64,000 bases of DNA from Nymphaea colorata (lineage: Eukaryota). The stretch is from assembly GCF_008831285.2 (NCBI RefSeq), contig NC_045138.2, forward strand, positions 20,026,001 through 20,090,000. The letters run 5' to 3'. Every line of letters starts with the position of its first letter. Position 1 is the first letter of the stretch. The notes under the pieces are model-generated. The model saw only the letters and a program-made list of their open reading frames with translations, searched no databases and had not been told where the DNA came from. Positions 1 through 12,000 of this stretch are shown here, piece by piece. Both the position numbers and the translations under genes were made by a program.

Positions 1-54
1 TCTGACTCCCTTTTTCTTTAAAAAAAAAAAAAATCTGACTCCGTCCCTACCTAC

Positions 55-277
55 CTTGATCTGATTATAAGATGCATTTGGTCAAAGACAGATGGTAGTT
101 CTCCAAGAATCAAAAACACTAGAGTATGACAAAAAGAGGGTTGTCATCTGAATCAATCCAGTAGATGTCAGAATAAGCAGAAACACCAGAAAATGCATAA
201 AAGGATCGAAGAAAATTACCTTCCTCAAATCTCGTGAGATGTGGTAGTTCTGATGAAGTTTCTGTGGTGCATAGCAA
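55..277 (-). other. Candidate internal exons (277-220 and 118-55) of an unidentified minus-strand transcript continuing off the left edge
   Basis: On the minus strand a long poly-T tract precedes a TAG acceptor (278-280), followed by a GTAATT donor at 219, a ~100-nt intron, a TAG acceptor (119-121) and a GTAGGT donor at 54. The joined exons are open in one frame (LLCTTETSSELPHLTRFEEVFLILGELPSVFDQMHLIIRS), but I do not recognise the peptide. Confidence 0.3.
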
Positions 278-286
278 CTACATCAT

Positions 287-322
<36 letters not shown>

Positions 323-616
323 CTTCACTGACATAAATTCATCGAGCAAATGCACAGCCTAAAGCATCGAGTAAAGCCTGTTCCATAAAATATGTTATTT
401 CACATTACCCGCTTAAAATATTTGATTATATATATATATATATATATATATAAAGATATTGTAGTTTTTGAATTGGTACCCTTTCACAAATGCTGAACGG
501 CCCCTAAAAAACGAAAGTATGGATGACACTATTAGTCTAACTTATTGACCTTTCTTTCGCTCGGGGCAACTTAGCCATATGTCTCCCATTGCCCATTGGT
601 TTTATGCAGATATAAA

Positions 617-809
617 TAGGGGTGGAGCCATATGAATTTTTCATGAGGGAAGCCATATTAAAGTTTTTAAATTTTGATTGGAACCAAAATATCATTTTTA
701 AAATTTTTATATAGAACAAGTGAAATTTTTTAAAACTTAAGTATAAATTTTAAATTAAAAATTTGAGGTGGGCGAAGGCCCATGCGTCCCCCTTTTGGCT
801 CCACCCCTG
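617..809. mobile_element. hAT-like MITE (AGGGGTGGAGCCA terminal inverted repeat family)
   Basis: TIRs taggggtggagcca / tggctccacccctg; flanking 8-mers gatataaa (609-616) and gatataag (810-817) match 7/8, consistent with an 8-bp hAT target-site duplication; AT-rich interior. Confidence 0.8.
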
Positions 810-1879
810 GATATAAGGTTATTATAAAGGAATATTAGATCAAGCAATATTGGCTCATAATTTAACATTTAGTCTAGTTTGACACGAGAAGACAAGAAAA
901 AACACAGGTTGAAGTTAGGTTATTAGAATTTGGAGAATATAAGACATAATTTTCTCATGCACACACACACACACATCTTGCATGCGCTACACGCACGTAT
1001 AGCATTGCAAAATATGAACATTTATGTGCCCTCGTGTGTATTTGCTCAACCATGTTGCGTCAACAATTGTGAAGACGGCCAAGTGCCAACTCCAAAAAGA
1101 CATCGTTAATTTAAATGAACAATTGCAATCCAGCCTTTCGAAAATTATTGTTTATGCGCCTATTTGTAAGTAATATGATTTTATTTTATGGAGAGGTTGA
1201 TGTTAGTGCAAATGGGAATGCATATTTAGTTAGAAAGATTTGTTAGGTGGCTAAAAATTTAAAAAAAAAAACACTAATCATATTATAAAGGCATAAACCA
1301 TTACTAAACACACCATAAACTATTGTTGTACCACAAGCTATCGATAATGCTCCTGTCATGACTATTAAACGATAGAGTTTAAGTTTTTAACCATCTGACA
1401 ACATCTATCATCTCATCTGGCAGATCTAGACTCCCCTATATACACCCTTAGATTAAGCTTTCTTTGGTGAACGTGACTGCTTAAACGAACTGAAAATTTC
1501 CAAAAACATTGAAAAAAAAAAGACATGACGTTTTACGTTTTTGAAACTGAACATGTAGAATTTATCTGCAACGTTTTTTAAAGTTAGGCTCCCACCAAAA
1601 GTATACCTAGACGTATTTTTATTTATTTAAGCTTTTGGATATGTTTTCCGATATATTTAGAGAAGATATATTAGATTAAGAATTCCCAATACCAATATAT
1701 GCTTTAAGAAAGATAAAAAAAAATGACCACCCTTCAACAATATTTAGCAACGAAAACTTTGTGTCTGGGATAGTAAGTTCAATCCAACGCATCGTTGTGA
1801 CTAAAGTTTGGCCAGACGACAAAGGAACACTCCTGTTAATTTGGATGTAAGGTTTCCTAGAAGCACACAGAACACCAAG

Positions 1880-2060
1880 ACACCCCGCCCCCCTAGCATA
1901 AGCGCACACACACATACACATAGACACACACAAAGAGAGAGCGAGCAAGAAAGAGAGAGAGAGGTGAAACGAGTGACTTTTAGGATGAAACGGGTGGCGA
2001 ACCAACTCTCTCTCTGTCTACGCGCGCGTGTGTGTGTATATATATATAGACACACACATA
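1880..2060 (-). promoter_or_regulatory. Possible promoter/5' leader of a minus-strand gene (TATA-like (TA)n followed by CT/GT-rich leader)
   Basis: (TA)n at ~2038-2048, followed on the minus strand by CT and GT microsatellites typical of plant 5' leaders; may belong to the candidate exons at 55-277. Confidence 0.3.
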
Positions 2061-2711
2061 CTAGATTTTGATGGAAATGACAGTTGATCACATTGAGATC
2101 TGACAGCGGAAATTAAATTACAAATATAAAAGTAAAATTGTTTTTTCAAAGTCCAAAATAGTCTTAAAGGGATGAGAGAGGGAAAAAGAAGGAAGAAAAT
2201 AAGTTTTCTTAACAAAACTCTTTGTCTCTTTTGAAGGGTATTTCAAACTCTTGAAAAACTAATTTAACTTATGCATTTGCATCTTAATCTCAGCAATCTA
2301 ATTTCTTTATAATCAACAACTGATATGATTCCTATAAAATCTGGTCTATAGGAGTCTGGTAGGTGGACCTGCTGATCCAGATCTAAGGATTTGTAGCGAT
2401 CTAGCTCGGATTTTCACGGTGTTGGTTCCAAGGAATCCTCACATGCCGTATTAGTTGATGCTGTCCTTGATAATGGACACGAATTGGTTGCTATGTTTCC
2501 CTAGTTGCAACGGACTGTAGAGTAGTTAAGCACAGGTCATTTTAAAACAGGATGGCTTCCGCAGAGAAAGTTTACTTGACGCATTTACATGCGAACGTTG
2601 GCCATACTGCCAAAAGGAATCAGCATGGTTTCTCCAAACATTGACTACAAGGCACCCTCAACCAAAATAGGATTAGGTTGCCGCCCTTTTCACCTTATAA
2701 AGTCACTGCTC

Positions 2712-2746
2712 TTTCTCTCTCTCTCTCTCTCTCTCTCCCTCTCTCA

Positions 2747-2777
<31 letters not shown>
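2712..2777. repeat. Compound (CT)n/(AT)n microsatellite
   Basis: Directly visible dinucleotide runs downstream of the TOUSLED 3' end. Confidence 0.95.
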
Positions 2778-2779
<2 letters not shown>

Positions 2780-3223
2780 AACAACAACATAAACTCCTAA
2801 TCTGGTTTATCGCTTAGTTTATCTGACAGAAGGAAAGAAGTAAAGCCCTTAGATTTAGATATCTTTAGATTACAGACAATAAAATGACAGACACTAAGAC
2901 AGCTTTAATCGGCTTGATTGACGCCGTCTAACATGCTATTATGGGCTTACAACCATAAAAATGAAAGAAATTAGTACCAAAACCTATAAACAGGTCTATT
3001 TTTCTCTCAACATGAAGGTGCTGCGTCGCACAGAGAGAGAGCGAGGGAGATCCGGTGATTGATATCTTCATCTCCAAATTTTACTGTGAAGACAGAAGTT
3101 GCTGTACCACTTCTCTGAACATCCGAAACGTTGACCAATGAATGCTCTTCAGGCCATCAGAAAATTCATCGCATCTTTACATTCAGGTAGGACAACCTTT
3201 TCTTTACAGTGAAAAGATTCTGG

Positions 3224-6200
3224 TCATTTTTTTGCATATGACAGGTACGGATCTTGAGCTACAGTCAATACGTCAGGCCTTTCAGCTTGGTTATAAGTCA
3301 AGCAACGCCTTATAAAATCCTGCGGTTTCCAATGACAGAAAATCAGCAATATAAAACAGCTTAAATCTCCTTTACCATGATTTTCGGGCGTGTTGCCGTG
3401 TTGGGGGCAAGAAGCGTTGAGGTTGTTTCTTTTTGCAACAAATTTAATACCACAAGAAACATGAAAAAAGCAATAAGAATTATTCTAGGCCCCTTTCACG
3501 AACTCCAACATCAATAAGCAGCAAAGCAACCTTATTGCTGACAATGTAAGAAAGGTGATGCACGAGCAACACAATCCTACAAGATCTATCATCTTTATCT
3601 TTCTCTTTAGGCCAATAGCACCGGCCATCACCAGCTGTATATTGGTCATGGCCACAAATATCATTTTTGTGTTTTTATAGGCGAGGTTCACAAGTATTTT
3701 TTTTCGGTAAAATTTTTTTTTTTTTTTTGGGGGTGGGGGGGACTCAGAAAAATCTGGGAGTTCTTTTAGAAAAAATAAAAAATCAAAAAGTTAGGTAAAA
3801 GTACAAAAAATGAAAACTAATACGAAGACAAAAAACACTCCACTTAAAATGTAAAGGAATAAGTATTGTATTGCATTTAGGAGGTCACGTCAAATACCTA
3901 AAACTAGAGGAAATAAAACAATGAAACAAAAGTTGAAAAAAAATAAAAACAGAAAATGTAATAAAAAAATAAATGAAAAAATCATGTTGAAATCGCCATA
4001 AATGGTTTTTAACGTTTATTCAAAATATCAATGGTTTTTAACGTTTATTCAAAATATCATGATATTTTCTTTTCTTTTCTTCATTTTTCGTTCATATCGT
4101 GATATTTTCAAAAACATCACTATATTTGTGGCTATGATGTTGGCAAATCCCGATCAACAGAACTCTTAAAGTATCCTTGCTGACAGCGGGAGTACACCCA
4201 ACTTTGATTGTGCTAAAGCACAACCCTTGTGGGTTTAGTAGTAGTGACCTCCTATCAAGGGGTTGAAAGTGCCAAAAAGCCGCTGTTAAAGTGGAATCCG
4301 TTGTATACTGCTAGTTTCTAGTTTGTCCAGACTACATAGTAAGAAACCAAGAACTTACTTTTGCCTCATTTGAGACAGTGGGTTTTGGTGGAAATTCCAC
4401 TTTGCGAGCTCTGATAATAGTATCTTCACGAAGAATCCGCTCTTGAGTTTGATCATGCCCAAATGGACGTTTACCAAATAGCATTTGGAAAAGAAGTACA
4501 CCAGCCGACCAAACATCAACCTGATTTTCATAGCAAAGGAAAAAGAGAGATTGCAAATCGGGTTAGAGATTTTTTAGAACAGCAAGTACCAGGCATCTGG
4601 AGACAGTCCAATCCATGCCTGGAACTAGGGAATGACTAAGAAGCCTGAGCAGAAGTTAGGTGTGATCCAAACCATGACACACCATGTCCTGCTTCAGTTC
4701 ACAAATTCTCCATAATCAACAGAAAAATAAGTCTAAACCTTTGATGAAATAAGAGGTGTCCTGTTAAGCTCGAAGCACTCTGGAGGCAGATACCTGAAAA
4801 TAAAAATAAAGTGCATAATAGACATAGAAATTGCCAACTTGCTACTTAAGTATAAGAGAGCCCAATACCGACAAATTGTAGGTGCTACAAAAAATACAGA
4901 AATAACATAGAAAACATCAACTTTGCCTTTACTACTGTATTTTCCGTATAGAATATCAGCAATAAGTTTGAAGTTTAAGGGCACAGCATAATTACCAGAA
5001 ATATTTTCAAGTTCTCATGCAGAGAAGGAAAGTAACATCCAAAACCATAAAATTAGCATTAAGCAAAGTCTTCCTATGCACAGAACTATCAGCTAAAGAT
5101 TGATAGCATCCTGGCAGCAGCTACACAAGCACTGGAGAAAAGTAAATGCCAAAACAACTATTTGAAACTACAAAACTATACCAACAAGTGCAGCACAAAG
5201 GACACTACGAATTTATACAACCAGAAGCAGGCACATGCATAAAAAAAAGAAACTGACATGTCATATTTTGCATATTTCATAAACATAGCTAGTTTTCCTG
5301 TCATAAACTCTTGGTCATAGAAGTAAGTATTTAGGTTGAAAACTAAAGATGCAGCATAAGCGACTCCTGCTATGGCAGATAGGTGGAAATGTGGAACTAT
5401 GGAAACTGCATATATGATTGCACTTTACTTCTAACTCTGGAAATGAGGAAATATGTAAGCATGGGAAATTAAGCATCATTTAGTTATTTTGGTTACCAAT
5501 ATGTGCCAGCTCCTTGGGAAGTAAGTTCCATCCCCTGGGATCCCACATCATCATCCACTACCTTGCTTAGACCAAAGTCAGTCACTTTTGCAACACCGAC
5601 CTCGTCAAAAAGAACATTCCCAGGTTTCAAATCATAGTGAATGATCTTTTGTGTCCTCCTGTTCAAGTATACAAGCCCTTGAAATATCTGAGCAATTATG
5701 ATTCTGGCCTCTTTCTCTGGCAATATTGGTGTTGTCTTGAGGACTGCATCAAGATCTTTACCTGTGAAATAAGTATAAGGATGGCAGTCATAAGTGCTAC
5801 CATAAAAGAATGTGCTATCAAAAGATAACTTAGCCACCGGACTGAAATGCACCTGGTTTGGTCGTGTTGCCTCACTAACCGAAAACAAGAAAAAAAAAAT
5901 TCTTTGAATATGAAAATCAAAGTTGTGTTCACAACACCATCGACAAAACTAATCATAATAAAAGCTAGAACGTAGAACCACAACCAGGAAAGGGAAGCCA
6001 GAGGGGAATTTCAAAATCCCAACAACTATGGCCTGAATGTACATGGACAGAAGGATTCGTTATTTTCCCAACATTGGCAGCATACTATAAAGTATAAACT
6101 TCCCTAGGACAGAAAACTTTTATTACCAATTCACTTCATAATATGAAAAAGTAACATCATTAAGGCTGACTACAAATTTAGTAGTCTGGGACTCTGGTGG

Positions 6201-8723
6201 ACCATGCAACCCATACTTTCCAGACCGTTGGTACAACAATTCTACCAAAAACTCCAATCTGTCCTCCCAAGAAGAACTGATATTATGTTTAGATACATCC
6301 CCTTACAAGATGGCTGAAAACAAGCAGCTGACGTAACAGATGGACTAGGTTAACTGTGACAAGACAGACTTCAAAACTATGATCCCCCTTACAGATGCTA
6401 ACTACAGAATTAACTGTGATATGCCTTCGCCACAGGTTTACCAGTGAGGACATGTTCACTCAGAAGCTCATGAACATGCAGAAGCAGGAATTATGGAAGA
6501 TGCTTGGAACAAGGTTTAGTAAACATGCAATCTTCACTAGAAGTTCTTTGGAACAAAGACATAGTTGATTGCAACCAAAAACATACTAAAGCCACAGGCC
6601 CACAACTGATCCATGAAACTCAAGATGGTAGTCTGTCATGATTATCTTGCACTAGCCAACTAAACATGAACAAACAGAGGTCAAAGATCTAAATACTAAT
6701 TCAAATCCAGTAGTTATTCAGTCTTGCAATGAAATTATATGGGTAAATGTTACTATAATCACCCAATTAAGTACATACCACTGCAACATTCTAAAACGGT
6801 GCAGAAAGTGTTGTGATCAATTTCAAAGGTGTCCCACAACCGCACTATATGCTGGTGAACAAGACTCTTGTGAATATTGTATTCTCTAATTGCATGTCGT
6901 ATATAACTTTGCTTCTTTTCTTCACTCCACTGTGCATTCAGTCCATGCAGCTTACAAGCCACATATCTATACTCCAGCAAGTCATAAGCCTGCACCAAAG
7001 TTTTGCACTTCAAATCACTGAAAGAAAGTAGTTATATGCTACATATCTATACTCCAGCAAATCACAAGCCTGCACTGAAGTTTTGCAGTTCAAATCACTG
7101 AAAGAAAATACTTTCTCCCAACTGCCTTTGCAGGCATCCAATTGGAAAATTGCAACTTGTTAAAAAATACAGGTCAATAGCTGAGCGAATTTCCCCAGTA
7201 AAAGATTAAACATCAAAAACCACTTTAACCTCTCAAAGAAATAACCCACCTTGTAAACCTCACTAAATCCACCCTTTCCAAGAAGATTTAAAAGGGCATA
7301 GCGATGATTCAAAATCTGGAAATTATTGAAACGTGATCCATCCTCATCTCTTATGCGCTTCAGCTCCCGTATATGCCTTCCCTTCTCAAGTTCATAACGA
7401 TCTTTCTCCTTCAGCAACAGTTCTTCTTCCTGAAAGGATAAAAGTGATGCTACTGAGATACGTCAGTCATCAAACACTAGGTGGATGACCTCTAATTCCA
7501 TCCACAGCTTCTTAACTATAAAATACCCAGGCTTACTACTAAGTTCCAACTAAGACCATGTGTTTTAAGCATGCTCACAAGTAAGACAATTACCAAGAGC
7601 TCCCATGTTCACCTCCAAATGGTATGTCTACTTACACGTTTAATGCTTAATAGTCGTGATTTACAAATTTCATCCTGAATGAGAAAGTCTTCTTCTGGTA
7701 TCCCAGATTCATGATCACTGCCATCACTTTTATCTGTAAAATAGATTATGCAAGAAAATTTGAGTCTGATAACTTCAAAATTGAAACTTCTATTTATTCA
7801 CCAAGATTTTGTTAAATATGCAAAACAGGGGATAGCCAACAGAAGTCAAGCTTCATGCCGAAAATGACACATGCAATTTCACATATATGAATATCAAGAA
7901 GCACATCAGCAACGATCATGCAACTTGAAAAGCAATCATGAATAAAGAAAAACTTATTCAAAATATCAGTGACAAAACAATATTCCTCTCAAAACAAAAG
8001 GGTAGTTCAAGGGTCATAAAATTGTAAGACATCCCGGGATCTATATCCACCTTTGGATGGATGACATCACGCATTATCAGCCCGTAGTATAACAAAAAAA
8101 ACTCAACTGTTTCAACTAATATCTAACAATGCTTCTTTCCAATTCTATGGAACATTATATACAGTAGAAAACATGAAATATAGAAAGCCACATTCATAAA
8201 CAAGAACAAATTAGAGCAGTTGCATATCGAATTACTTAGTGATGAAGAGAGGAACAGAAAACTGGTAAGTATGTATTGGCCAAATAATTACCAGATTGAC
8301 GCTTTTTCAACGATTTCCTGTGCCTCTCAATGACCTCCTTTGCATCCCACAAATTCCTCTACACATAAAAGATATGAAAGTAAGATTCTAGTCAGCAACG
8401 AAGACAACGAATAATGCTTTTATTCCAAATTAAACATGACAGTTGATTGTAGAAACCAACAAAATATTCTGCACGAGCAATTTTACACATTTCAAAACCA
8501 TTATTCACACAAAGTGCAAAACATGAAATAGACACAGAAAGCAACAATCATGAAACAAATTAAAATGACAGATCAATTAGATAAGTTAAAACTTTGGTAT
8601 CACACAAATTTTGAAAACACTGTGATAACATCAGCAATTAAAGCTTGCTGATAGCCTGATATTAACTGCAAATTTTCACAAGGAACGTTGAGAGTCTTGA
8701 GACTAAAACCATCATTACGTAAG

Positions 8724-8763
<40 letters not shown>

Positions 8764-8999
8764 TCATTCAACAAGCGATTAAAAATTTGCTAAATGTAAA
8801 TAAAATATTCATTTACGTACCATTTTTTGTGATTTTAAATTGGTAAATTTAATGATCATTTCACTTGGTAGTTAAGTTGTTAAAAAACTTAAAACTATAT
8901 AAATGACCAAATTAGTAATTGATCTTTATGGTATCAAGGACTTAAAGCTCATATATCTACAATCAATTTCCACAAAAATAAGCATACAAATATATATAA

Positions 9000-9030
<31 letters not shown>

Positions 9031-12000
9031 AAAATGGCACGTTAGAGATAGGTTGTTTAAAAAACTGTTTTATTGATCTGGTTCACGAATTTGCAAGTAC
9101 CAGAAAGCCACTAATTTGTACATCTTTTTACTTCGCAATTTCTAGCATTTTTGGGTAACAATGTTTTTTGGAGAAAAAGCATGACCCAGAAGATGTGCCT
9201 ACATGGAAAGGAAGTATCCAATGTCTTCATTATGCATCCACATATCCAGACCATTTCCACAAATATTGTCATCGGCCTCAGGTTTTCAACAGTGAAGTCT
9301 TTCTTGGGTACTTCTCAGTGAAGTTTTTTTTCCTGAGAAAATCTCGGCATTTAATAAAAATCATAAAAATTAGGTAAAAATAAAAATAAATGAGAAACTA
9401 ATAAAAAGACAAAAAATAACTAGATAACATGATGAAAATAATGTTTTAATGATGATTAAAATGACGATAAGCAATTAGTTTAAAGTTTAGTCCATATGAA
9501 ATTAATGTCAAAAAAGAGAAAAATGAAAAAAATAGGAGAAAGATGCAGAAAAAACATGTTCAATTAATTTTTACCTTTTTCCAAAAAAACATTTTTTCAA
9601 GTTTTTTCCTTTTTTAACAATAATATCACGTTTTTTCAAAAAAGACGTGATATCTGTGACAATGATTCCAGATCACATAAAGATACTTCTATATTCTCTT
9701 GTAGTCTGTTATTCAGAAACTAACCAGGTAAAACCAAAAAATGCAAAAGAAATATCATATCCTCACAAAGCAAAAGATGAATGAGTTAATTCCAAATGTT
9801 TGTTGAGATGCAAGTCCAAATGTTTCATTAAAAAAAAAGGCTGCCAAAGGATCACAATGAATAAACAGAAAATATGCCAGAAAAAGGTTCAAATTAACAT
9901 ACAAGTTGACTTTGTATGTCCTTAAGTGTTTGGCCATCCTCCCATGTCTCAGATATAATTGTTCCAGCCCTGAAAGAAACAGATAAATACTTAGACAAAA
10001 AATTTAGTAGCCACATCTACATAGAAGATAGTCATTATCCAATAATCAGTAATTACCACAACTTCCAGGCTCATACTGGATCATTTCTCAACCATTTATC
10101 ATTTTCAATATAAATGCTGACAGGTAGTCATAAGTACTGGAGCAGGCAGAGAAGTTCCATTGGCAAGGAAAAATATAGAAAAGCCTTCTTCACTTGATCA
10201 GTAAAATACAAAAATTAAACATCTTAAACGTGTAAAGCAAGTGATCATGCACCACTGCACAAGTTCTATTAGCCTCTGGCAAGTAGTCGCATATATTGTA
10301 GCACAATTTTTCCTGGAAGTGAACAGTGAACACATATGTGTGTATTTGCGTGTGTGTGTGCATCAAATACAAAATACCCATTAACTTGAAACGTGTTGAT
10401 AATGGAAAACTGTTCACCGAAGGCATGTAAAATGTTTTCTTCGTCTCTACAGAATAGTTATCAATGCTTCTCCCTTTTTCATGATGAACGATCGTCCTTG
10501 TGATTGCCTTATCAGATGAAGGCTGCTTTTACAGTTTCACTGAATTTACAGATTTTACATGTTGATATAGCTGCATTAGATGTTTATTGAATTAGAGGAG
10601 CAAGAACTCGTCAATTATTTGACACTAATTAGTAATTGTTGTTCCTGAAAGCATCCGACTCCAACTAACAATCTTCATCAAACACAACTCGTTTTGAAAC
10701 AAATGATGCTGAGATGACAAAAGCAAATAACTTAGAGAATTCTTCATTGTTTTGTTCCATATGAACAGAGGACTGATTTAAAAGGGATTACCTAATCACC
10801 CCCACATTACCAAGCCTCAGAGAATCCTGACGAATCTTCATTCTTGACTCTTGCCTTTCTGCTTTTGCAACTGAAATCAAAAGATCCGACAACACCTTCA
10901 TCCGCTGCCGAAGAAAGTAAAGTCTCTCAGTTTTTTCCAAAAAACTCAAACCTAGAAAATTTTCATTAAAATAAGTTACGGAGCACATCTTTCAAAATAG
11001 AGAGATCAATTAACCAGGGTCTTTTTTGGTAGTGGAGGTTCAAAGGCGATCCTAAGCAGGTTACCCACAATAACCCACTTAATTGAACTTAGGAAATAGA
11101 GGAAGTTAACATATATGGTTCAGTACCTAAGCCTGATAGACAAAAGAGAACATATCCAAATTTCAAAAAATTAATCTAAGGGCATATTGGAATAGGCTAT
11201 GTCTACTTGCAAAGGCAACCTTTTGTGGAACTCAAAAGCAGATGAAAAGGAAGATATCATAAACTAATTTCAACGTCACTGCATAGAAACATAATTTGTT
11301 GTGGAGATAGCAAAACATTTTAAACTGCTCCTAGTTGTAGATCATAATGGGAGATAGATCACTAGGGAACTCCATTTCCCAGCATGAACTTCATTCTGGA
11401 ATCAAAAGTTCTCCTCCACTGCTCAAAATGTGTTCACTGTTCAGAGGATTCAAAAGCAGATAAAAAAAGAAATGCTTGAGTAGTGAATCATGCAACAACC
11501 TTGGGCTTCATTTGTTGCTCTTGGTCCTTAAGGTCTCTCAACTCCTGAATTCATATTACAGATTGTAAGTGAAACAGTAATTATCATTAGAGAGAGAGAG
11601 CGAGAGAGAGAGAGAAACCCACACACACACACACAGATACACAATAAAGATAGGTGTGAATGCTGTTAAATGTAGCAACTCTAGGAAAAGCATTGCTAAA
11701 GCATTTGGACCTTTAGCAGCAGTTTCTTTATCTTTCCTTAATCTTTATTGACGATGCAAAAGGCCATTTTCTGTTTTTTCTTTTAGCGCAACGCTGCTGG
11801 ATTGCATATTCCAGTAACGCTGTTAGCATTCGCTGGTGTTTGCCACCCTTCTATTCTTACACATGCACACACACACACACACACACATATTATATCTAGT
11901 CTAGGCATAAGAACTTCTGAGTTTCAACCTTTTCCAATTGGCGCAACAAAGCTTGATGATCTGCTACTTCATGTCGAGATTTAGAGAGTTCTTCTTCCAA

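Noticed and set aside
1676..2091. Overlapping 87-109 aa ORFs in the ORF track
   Set aside because: Largely translations of CA/GA microsatellites (LSLSLS, HTHTHR); no recognisable domain.
7500..7520. tccacagcttcttaact resembles part of miR396
   Set aside because: Needs two gaps to align, lies in a short intron and has no visible complementary hairpin arm; likely chance.
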